From: an uncultured Methanomicrobiales archaeon
GTDB lineage: Archaea > Halobacteriota > Methanomicrobia > Methanomicrobiales > Methanospirillaceae
Reading direction: 5' to 3'
DNA: 64,000 bases
NCBI GenBank assembly: GCA_963697895.1
Contig: OY969100.1
Span: 1,408,001-1,472,000 of the forward strand
The position numbers and the translations under genes were made by a program. This document shows positions 56,229 through 64,000 of this stretch, piece by piece (the stretch's first letter is position 1; each line of letters starts with the position of its first letter). The notes below the pieces were generated by a model. The model was given only the letters and a program-made list of their open reading frames with translations. It was not told the DNA's origin and did no database searches.

Positions 56229-57648
56229 ATGGAGTTACGGAAGGAGTTGTCCCTGTTCGATGTGGTCAATATTGTTATCGGGTCTATCATCGGGGCTGAT
56301 ATCTATATCGCCTCAGCGCTCACTGCAGGGCTGGTCGGACCCCTTGCGATAGTTATCTGGATCATCGCCGGGATACTCGCTGCCATTATTGCCCTCGTCT
56401 TTGCATACTGCAGCTGATTATGTTCCAAGGGTCGGAGGTCCGTTTGCCTATGTATCCGCGGCTTTTGACGACTTTTTCGGGTTTCTCACCGGATGGAGTA
56501 TGTGGATTGCTGAAATCCTCTCGCTCCCCGTTTTTGCCATCGCATTTGTTCAATATCTCCAGTATCTTGTCCCTATGGGTTATTATGTGCAAACCACGGT
56601 AAAAGCGCTCTTCATTATCGCTCTCACCCTGGTGAACATCCTCGGGGTGAAGGCGGCGGGAAGGGTGAATGATGCGCTTACCCTGGTAAAACTCCTTCCG
56701 TTGGTGATGTTGATCGTTGCAGGATTCATATTTATCTTCGTTCATCCGGGGGTTCTGGCAGAGAATTATGTTCCCCTTGCTCCACTGGGTTTCGGTGGTT
56801 TCGGAACGGCGCTCGTGCTCGTTTTCTGGGCGTATGTGGGATTTGAGCTCGGAACGCTCCCTGCCTCGGAGATGAAGGACCCGCAACATATGATACCAAA
56901 GGCGATCGCCATCGGAATGGCAACGGTAACTCTATTCTATCTATTAACCAATTTTGTTGTATATGGAACGGTAAACTGGACTCTTCTCGCCGCGAACAAC
57001 ACTCCACCGCTTATTCTGGTCGGAGCGGCGATAATGGGTTCGTTCGGGGCTTTGATCATGATGATCGGGGCGCTCTTCTCCGTATCCGGTTCGGATGAAT
57101 CGGGAACGCTCGGTACTGCACGATTGAGCTATGCCATGTCGATCGACGGACTCTTCCCGCGATCTTTCTCCATCATACATCCTAAATATGGCACCCCTGC
57201 CGTAGCGCTCATCGTTCAGGGTATCATCGCGTTTATCCTCTCGGTTTATTCGGATCTTCCTCATCTCATATCTTTTGCCGTTTTCAACCTTGCATTCTCA
57301 TTTCTTTTAACCTGCTGCGCATTAATTGTCCTCAAGGACTCCTCGCAACGGAACCTGCCCGGACAAAATATTCTCCCCTGGCTGGGGATCCTTATCTGCC
57401 TCTATCTGCTTTTCGCAACTTCCTGGTTCGATAAAATAGTGGGGGGCATGATTATTCTGATAGGGATTCCGATATACGTTTTTTTCTCCCCAAAGACGGA
57501 TATACGTCATCTGAAGGAGTTATTCCTCTCGGAAGAGGCAATATTCATACGGCAGATGGAACGAAAGAACCGTTATCTTGCAAACTTCATCCAGATCCTG
57601 CACAGAGCTTATAAAGGACTTCATCATCTGGTGTTGGAGGGATCGTAA
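56229..57648 (+). CDS. APC-family amino acid permease, one apparent +1 frameshift at ~56416
   Basis: IGSIIGADIY in first frame; P..GGPFAYV, FWAYVGFE, ARLSYAMS.DG in second frame. Confidence 0.88.
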
Positions 57649-57805
57649 CATTTCTCTAATCTGCCCGATCAATTCGTCGAATCATTCACCTGAGGCCGAT
57701 ATTACAAAAATGTCTGCCGGAGGATTTTAAAACCTTAAGCTCATGCCACCAGTAACCACCACAGAGCGGTTAAATAGATTTGTCGCTTTCTTTTAAACGA
57801 GATAC

Positions 57806-58135
57806 ATGGATGCGTACGACCGAAAGCTGCCGGAATTTTCTGACGGATCCGGCAGGGATCGGGCGAGGGTGATCACCCCGCTGAAAACCCTCTGCAACTG
57901 CCCGCAATGCCCGACCCATACCGAATGCGCTAAAAAAGCGATGGAAACTTTGTTCTGCGTCACGGGAAGGAGCTTTATATGTATGTCGGAAGATCGGGGC
58001 TGCCTCTGCCCGGTATGTCCGGTCGCCTCCCAGCTCGGACTCACCCGGGACTTCTTTTGTCTTCGGGGTTCCGAGGCCGAACAGAGATATCTCCGTCTTC
58101 AGAAAAATCAAGATATAAAACAGGATCCCGGATAA
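57806..58135 (+). CDS. Cys-rich DUF2769-like protein
   Basis: CNCPQCPT...LFC..G.S..C...GCLCPVCPV...FFC..G. Confidence 0.75.
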   Translation: MDAYDRKLPEFSDGSGRDRARVITPLKTLCNCPQCPTHTECAKKAMETLFCVTGRSFICMSEDRGCLCPVCPVASQLGLTRDFFCLRGSEAEQRYLRLQKNQDIKQDPG

Positions 58136-58797
58136 TCGTTTTTTGAACACGTTCCGGTTCGTTTCAACGCCCGCTCATGCGCCAGACGGAGTGGTTCGGG
58201 AGTCCGGTATTTCGGTGCGGCGCTGAGGACGACTTCAACGGCCTGTTCGATGTCGGTTTTATGGCCGACCGATACATAGAGGGGTTTCACCAATTCCCGT
58301 GTACGCACAGCCTTCCCGATTCTCTCACCATCTGCGATGACGGGGGTTGTTGACCCCCGTTCCTCCTGCGGATCCATCGAACTACCTGTTAGGAGACTTT
58401 TTGAGACCCCGATGGTGGGAACATTGAGGATAACCCCTATCTGACTCGCCATGCCAAACCGGCGGGGATGGGCGAGACCGTGTCCATTGACAAGGGTAAT
58501 ATCCGGCAACTGTTCAAGTCGCCGAAATGCCTTTACGATAGCCGGCCCCTCCCGGAATGCAAGGAGGCCAGGAATGTACGGATAGAAAACCCTCGCGTCG
58601 GCACAGGCTGTCCCTGTTACCCTGAGTCCCGGGTACGACAGGGTTATGACTGCCGCATATGCCCTGTCCGCAATAACTGCGGCATCCGCTCCGGCGATCG
58701 AATGAATATCCTCAGTTTCGATCACTCTCCGGTTTATACTTCGTTCGCGAAGGAGGATCTGAGCTGATATGGCCTTTTCTACGGCGATCCTCCCCAT
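58108..58797 (-). CDS. nfi: Endonuclease V
   Basis: AGAD, PYIPGLLAFREG, GHGLAHPRRFG.AS, LYVSVGH, YRTPEPLRLAH. Confidence 0.92.
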   Translation of the reverse strand: MGRIAVEKAISAQILLRERSINRRVIETEDIHSIAGADAAVIADRAYAAVITLSYPGLRVTGTACADARVFYPYIPGLLAFREGPAIVKAFRRLEQLPDITLVNGHGLAHPRRFGMASQIGVILNVPTIGVSKSLLTGSSMDPQEERGSTTPVIADGERIGKAVRTRELVKPLYVSVGHKTDIEQAVEVVLSAAPKYRTPEPLRLAHERALKRTGTCSKNDYPGSCFIS

Positions 58798-58869
58798 AAC
58801 TCATCCGTTCCGAAAATACTCGTGCGAATAAAATAAGCCGGGCCTTTGGAATCTTATCTCTGAGAACAT

Positions 58870-59019
58870 CTACGCATTTTTTGTATATTTGTCCGGGTCA
58901 GCATCAAATGCCTTCTTACAGCCGGGAGCGCAGAAATAATACTTTTTCCCCTGGTACTCACTCACCAGTTTCGCTGTTTTTTCATCCACCTTCATCATAC
59001 ATACCGGGTCCGTTGCCAT
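58870..59019 (-). CDS. YHS/TRASH-domain metal-binding micro-protein
   Basis: Manual translation MATDPVCMMKVDEKTAKLVSEYQGKKYYFCAPGCKKAFDADPDKYTKNA (49 aa, not in ORF track), directly downstream of copA. Confidence 0.9.
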   Translation of the reverse strand: MATDPVCMMKVDEKTAKLVSEYQGKKYYFCAPGCKKAFDADPDKYTKNA

Positions 59020-59030
59020 GGTCTGTTACC

Positions 59031-61502
59031 TCAGCCTTGAGGTGCTCTGGCCGGAGGTATATACTTTTTGAGCATAAGGGAAAGACTGATGACCGTTACC
59101 GAACTTAAGGCCATAGCAAGTGCCGCCAGCTCCGGCCGGAAGATATACCCGGAAATGGGATACAATATTCCTGCCGCAATGGGGATCAATGCCGCGTTAT
59201 AAGCGAATGCCCAGAAAATGTTCAGCTTGATTCGGGACATTACTTTTCGGCTCAGCTGAATGGCCCCGACCGAATCTGTGAGGTCATCCCGGACCAGAAC
59301 AATATCCCCGCTCTCAATAGCGACATCGGTACCGCTCCCGATGGCGATGCCGACATCTGCCTGGGCCAGTGCGGGCGCATCGTTAATTCCATCGCCCACA
59401 AATGCCACGACCTGTCCTTCGTTCTGCAACCTCCTGACTTCGTCCGCTTTATCCTGAGGGAGGACCTCGGCGATTACCCTGTCGATACCAATCTGACCCG
59501 CGATTATCGCAGCTGTACGCCGGTTGTCACCAGTGATCATCGCGACATTTAAACCCATATATTTGAGTCCGGCGATCGCATCCGATGCTCCATCTTTGAG
59601 CCGATCTGCAATCCCTATCGCGCCTGACAGCACGTTGTCGAGGGCCACAAGGATAACCGTCTTTCCTTCCTGCTCCAGCCGGGATATCCTGCCTTCGGCA
59701 TCCTCTTCAACCCGGATTCCCCGCTCCTCCAGGAAATTCCTGTTTCCGATGATAACTGCGGTCCCCTGTACATCAGCCCGAACACCCTTACCCCCGAACG
59801 TGTCGAATCCAGTGACCGGATAGAAGGAGATTCCCTGATCTTCGGCTTTCCTGACCACTGCGCCCGCAATCGGGTGTTGGGAATTTTTTTCCACACTCGC
59901 AGCCAGTGGGAAGAAAAAAGGCTCGCCTTCGCGAAATGTGATTATATCCGTTATTTCTGGTTTTCCTCTCGTTAACGTTCCAGTTTTATCGAAGATCACT
60001 GTTGTAAGATGGCTTGAGACCTCCAGCGCATCGCCATTTTTCACCAGGATCCCGAGTTCTGCTCCCCGACCAACACCGACCGTGATAGCCGTCGGTGTCG
60101 CGAGGCCGAGCGCACAGGGACACGCCACAACAAGAACGGAAACGAGGGCCGTCAATGCGAAAAGAAGGGTAGATCCACCCGCAAAATACCACAAGGCAAA
60201 GGATGAAAATGCGATAATAAGCACCGTCGGGATGAAATAGGTCACGGCGATATCTGCCACCCTCTGGACCGGAGGCCGGGATCCCTGCGCTTCCTCAACC
60301 AGCCGTATGATCTGAGCGAGTACCGTATCCTTTCCGATCTTTTCCGCTCTGAACCGGAAGACACTGTTGGTATTCAGGGTCCCCCCCACGACAGAGGCTC
60401 CGGGTGTTTTCAGGACGGGAATCGGTTCGCCGGTGATCATGGATTCATCGACATAACTCTCCCCCTCTGCCACCGTCCCGTCGACCGGTACCTTTTCACC
60501 CGGTTTGACCATCACGAGATCCCCTATGGCGACATCCTCGATGGCGATCTCAACTTCCTTCCCATCCCGCACCACTACCGCACTCCGCGGCCGAAGCCCG
60601 ATCAGTTTTTTTATCGCCTCCGATGTCCTCCCCTTCGCACGGGCCTCAAGATACCTCCCCAGGGTCAGGAATGAAGCGAGCATGATCGCGGTATCGTAAA
60701 AGATGAACTCCTGGGTTAGAACAATTTCGAATGTACCGAGAACACTCACGGTAAATGCAACTCCCATGCCCATTGCATACATAACATCCATCGACAGGGT
60801 CCTGTTTTTCAGCGCAATTACCGCTGCCCTGAAGATAGGATATGATACATACACAAAGACCGGTGTCGAAATTACAAACATTGCATATGCCAGAGTCGTC
60901 ATCGGTACCGGTACGTGCAGATACATCAGGAGGAAGAGGGGGATGCTGACCGCAAATCCGATCGTGAACCTCCGGAATTTATCAGCAAGATCCCGATCAT
61001 AGGCTTTTTTTTCTGCTGCAGGACTGATTTCTCCAGCGATTCCGAGATACTGATATCCTGCCGCCTCTATTGCATTTTTTATGTCCTGAATCGTGACAAG
61101 AGAAGGATTGTATGTGACGTGCGCTTCTTCTGTCGCGAGGTTTACGGATGCACTGACGATACCTTCAATGCGCTGCAACACGGTCTCAATAGTCTGAACG
61201 CAGACTGCACAAACCATTCCCCCTACCTTGACCGTCACATCTACATTCAGCACATCATATCCGGCTCCGCGAACCGCTTTTTCAATGTCCGTCAGCCTGA
61301 CCAGGTCTGGATTGTATTCCACGTGTGCCTCTCCGGTACCATAATTTACCTCGACATGGGATACATCGTCCAGTGCTGCGATGGACTTTTCAACGCTCAG
61401 CGCACAGGTAGCGCAGTGCATTCCGGATATCCGGATGTCTGCTTTCTTTTTTCCTTCTCCGGGGTTGTCATCGTTCCCGGACAAGTTTTTTTCTTCATCC
61501 AT
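59031..61502 (-). CDS. copA: Cu(I)-translocating P1B-type ATPase
   Basis: Two GMxCxxC HMA domains, [39 protein letters not shown]. Confidence 0.95.
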   Translation of the reverse strand: MDEEKNLSGNDDNPGEGKKKADIRISGMHCATCALSVEKSIAALDDVSHVEVNYGTGEAHVEYNPDLVRLTDIEKAVRGAGYDVLNVDVTVKVGGMVCAVCVQTIETVLQRIEGIVSASVNLATEEAHVTYNPSLVTIQDIKNAIEAAGYQYLGIAGEISPAAEKKAYDRDLADKFRRFTIGFAVSIPLFLLMYLHVPVPMTTLAYAMFVISTPVFVYVSYPIFRAAVIALKNRTLSMDVMYAMGMGVAFTVSVLGTFEIVLTQEFIFYDTAIMLASFLTLGRYLEARAKGRTSEAIKKLIGLRPRSAVVVRDGKEVEIAIEDVAIGDLVMVKPGEKVPVDGTVAEGESYVDESMITGEPIPVLKTPGASVVGGTLNTNSVFRFRAEKIGKDTVLAQIIRLVEEAQGSRPPVQRVADIAVTYFIPTVLIIAFSSFALWYFAGGSTLLFALTALVSVLVVACPCALGLATPTAITVGVGRGAELGILVKNGDALEVSSHLTTVIFDKTGTLTRGKPEITDIITFREGEPFFFPLAASVEKNSQHPIAGAVVRKAEDQGISFYPVTGFDTFGGKGVRADVQGTAVIIGNRNFLEERGIRVEEDAEGRISRLEQEGKTVILVALDNVLSGAIGIADRLKDGASDAIAGLKYMGLNVAMITGDNRRTAAIIAGQIGIDRVIAEVLPQDKADEVRRLQNEGQVVAFVGDGINDAPALAQADVGIAIGSGTDVAIESGDIVLVRDDLTDSVGAIQLSRKVMSRIKLNIFWAFAYNAALIPIAAGILYPISGYIFRPELAALAMALSSVTVISLSLMLKKYIPPARAPQG

Positions 61503-61715
61503 ATAATTCACCGGACGATTCGAGCGGACCAGATTGTTCCATCCCTCATTATTCGGGCATGGCAAAAACGTTATGGGGATTTAACAAAATCAGACCACCG
61601 CGAACAAATCTGACACAATGGTGACATCGGGAGAAAAGGCCAAGTTCCAATGACCTGGAAAAAGCATTATATACTAAAATCTTTCTCTATCTGGCGTAGG
61701 AGGGAGGGGACCAAT

Positions 61716-63491
61716 ATGTCTAAATGGCTGTGTACCGTGTGCGGGTACATATACGACGAATACACGGGTGAGCCGGCGACCGGTACGAAATCGGGGACCC
61801 GTTTTGCGGATCTTCCTTCAGATTGGCTTTGTCCGGTCTGTGGGGCCCCGAAAGATGCATTTACCAGAATTCCGGATTCTGACGAACATGCCGGAGCAGC
61901 CACCACCGTATCGGATGTGATCATATCCGAGTTGGAGCACTGGGGCGTCTCCCTGGTTTTTGGTCTTCCCGGCACCTCGTCCCTGGGGATCATCGATGCA
62001 ATACGAAAAAACGGAGCCCTGCGGTTCATAGTCGTGCGCCATGAGGAGACTGCGGCAATGGCCGCATCCGCCTACTATAAGCTGACCGGAAAAATAGCCG
62101 CATGCGTGACCATTGCCGGTCCAGGCGCGACCAACCTCGCTACCGGGCTTTATGATGCAAAGGAAGACCATGCGGCAGTGCTTTCCCTGAACGGCCAGGT
62201 GGAGACACAGTATACGGGACCCGGAGGTTTTCAGGAGATCGACCAGGATGCATTCTTCCGCCCGGTGACCGTCTTTAACAATACCATTTACGAAAAAAAG
62301 ATGACGTTGAAACTTCTTACATCGGCCCTCAAACATGCATTGGTATACCGGGGGGTTGCGCAGCTGTCGGTTCCAAACGATATCCAGAAGGAGCCTCTGG
62401 ATTCTCATTCCTGCATTCGTGAAGCGGAACCGCCCGATTTCAACATTCTCCCGGAAGATGATGCATTCAGACATGCGGCAGATACGATCAACCGTGCAAA
62501 GAAACCCGTCATTCTTGCCGGATGGGGATCCCGCGATGTACCGGAGATGATCCTCGGAATCTCCCGACGCATCCAGGCACCCATTCTCACCACGTTCAGG
62601 GCAAAGGGGATAATTCCGGACGACAATCCCTGGCTCCTTGGCATATTGGGGACCATCGGCTCTGCGCATTCAAGGGCAGTAGTCCGCGACTGTGACCTCC
62701 TCATTACGCTCGGCGTCGGATTCTCGAAAATGACCGGAGTCCCGACGGATAAACCGCTTGTCCAGGTCGATTTCGATCCGGTCAAACTCGGTAAAAATCC
62801 GTCTTCCGTCAGTCTTTTTGGAAACTGTAATCTCGTCCTCCCTGAGCTGTTCCCCTTACTTCAGGAGAAGGAGCCCGGTACCGTTCTCGCCGATATAGCC
62901 CGGATGAAGGTTGAATGGGATGCACAGCGGAACCGGGAAGCCGATCCGGATGCGGTTCCGATCCGGCCGCCATACATCATCAAAGTCCTTGAGGAGACCA
63001 TTCCGGAAGACGCAGTGATATGCATCGATGTCGGTGAGAACGGATGGTGGTTTGGGAGAAATTTCCATATGAAACGGCAGAAAATGGTGATGTCCGGTTA
63101 TCTGGCAACGATGGGGTTCGGTCTTCCGGGCTCGATCGCAGCGCAACTCGCCTATCCGGACAAGTCCGTTATATGCATCACTGGTGACGGCGGTTTTGCG
63201 ATGGCAATGGCCGATTTCATGACGGCGGTGAAATACAACCTGCCAATTATCGTAGTCATCCTTAATAATCACCAGCTGGGCATGATACAGGTCGAGCAGA
63301 TGGAGGAAAATTATCCGAATTTCGGGACTGATCTGGTCAACACCGATTTTGCCTCATATGGCGAAAAATGCGGGGGTGTCGGTATACCTGTCACGAAACC
63401 GGCTGAACTACGCCCTGCAATCGATCGCGCACTGCTGATAAAAAAACCGGTGATCCTGGATATCGAGACCGACCCAAAGCGCTTCAGGTAA
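61716..63491 (+). CDS. Rubredoxin domain fused to TPP-dependent enzyme (pyruvate oxidase/acetolactate synthase-like)
   Basis: CTVCGYIYD...WLCPVCG rubredoxin; RHEETAA, GPGATN, GDGGFAM...NN TPP motif. Confidence 0.9.
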   Translation: MSKWLCTVCGYIYDEYTGEPATGTKSGTRFADLPSDWLCPVCGAPKDAFTRIPDSDEHAGAATTVSDVIISELEHWGVSLVFGLPGTSSLGIIDAIRKNGALRFIVVRHEETAAMAASAYYKLTGKIAACVTIAGPGATNLATGLYDAKEDHAAVLSLNGQVETQYTGPGGFQEIDQDAFFRPVTVFNNTIYEKKMTLKLLTSALKHALVYRGVAQLSVPNDIQKEPLDSHSCIREAEPPDFNILPEDDAFRHAADTINRAKKPVILAGWGSRDVPEMILGISRRIQAPILTTFRAKGIIPDDNPWLLGILGTIGSAHSRAVVRDCDLLITLGVGFSKMTGVPTDKPLVQVDFDPVKLGKNPSSVSLFGNCNLVLPELFPLLQEKEPGTVLADIARMKVEWDAQRNREADPDAVPIRPPYIIKVLEETIPEDAVICIDVGENGWWFGRNFHMKRQKMVMSGYLATMGFGLPGSIAAQLAYPDKSVICITGDGGFAMAMADFMTAVKYNLPIIVVILNNHQLGMIQVEQMEENYPNFGTDLVNTDFASYGEKCGGVGIPVTKPAELRPAIDRALLIKKPVILDIETDPKRFR

Positions 63492-63566
63492 GATAATTCA
63501 GGCTGCGTTCCCTCGAACCAACATATTACCCGGGAATCCATTCCTCACAGAACAAAAAGCCCGGAG

Positions 63567-64000
63567 TCATGAAAGAAGGAGCAGGAATCCGATGTATGCC
63601 AGGCTGTTCAGGATGGTCAGGGGAAGGCCTATCTTCAGGAACATGAAAAAAGAAAGGCTTTCACCTTCCCGTTCAGCATGCTGGATAACGATGACATTAC
63701 TTGCCGCTCCGAGGATCATGAGGTTTCCGGCGATGGTGCTTCCGGCAGCGAGCGCCATGGTCTGAACCGGTGATGAACCTGCTTCGAGAATCAAAGGCTG
63801 GAACAACGCAACGAAGGGGACGTTTGAAATGAATTGGCTAACGATAATACTCGTTCCGATTATTACGGGTACGGAAGAGACTGAGGAAACTCCGACCAGT
63901 GCCTGGAAAAGACCGGTGTTAAAAACACTTTGCATCAGGATGAACATCGCGATGAAGAAGACCAGGGTTCTCCAGTCAATGTTTCTCACAATCTCCGATC
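63567..64000 (-). CDS. ArsB/NhaD/citrate-family anion transporter, C-terminal part (5' end outside window)
   Basis: IDWRTLVFF, SQFISNVP, LAAGSTIAGN..ILGAASNVIV. Confidence 0.85.
   Translation of the reverse strand, partial: SEIVRNIDWRTLVFFIAMFILMQSVFNTGLFQALVGVSSVSSVPVIIGTSIIVSQFISNVPFVALFQPLILEAGSSPVQTMALAAGSTIAGNLMILGAASNVIVIQHAEREGESLSFFMFLKIGLPLTILNSLAYIGFLLLLS

Noticed and set aside
56412-56420. In-frame TGA in the permease as selenocysteine or readthrough
   Set aside because: The downstream coding sequence is in a different frame, so readthrough would not restore the protein; the TGA is created by the extra G.

Overview
Core-genome window from a methanogenic archaeon, most likely Methanomicrobiales (Methanoregulaceae/Methanolinea-like; judged from gene content and protein sequences, not from a search). 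It holds the S13-S4-S11-rpoD-L18e-L13-S9-rpoN-tRNA-rpoK-eno-S2 operon, the rpoH-B''-B'-A'-A''-L30e-nusA operon, four tRNAs, hisS, leuS, topoisomerase VI, a class II RNR, cobQ, nadM/larB and a Cu-export pair. There are no mobile elements or CRISPR arrays. The most interesting parts are: (1) an ~11 kb type IV pilus locus (ATPase, two TadC/PilC-like proteins, prepilin peptidase) interleaved with three Roadblock/LC7 domains, three DUF2226-like domains, a MinD with an amphipathic tail and a tandem-V4R protein, a candidate pilus positioning/polarity module; (2) five consecutive CBS-only genes divergent from the oapABC/arvABC small-GTPase operon; (3) a candidate ~78 nt multi-stem RNA downstream of aIF1; (4) single-base frameshifts in rpoA', leuS, nrdJ and a permease that sit on AGCT or GTAC palindromes. 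These frameshifts are best explained as methylation-linked basecalling errors, an indirect trace of the host methylome.
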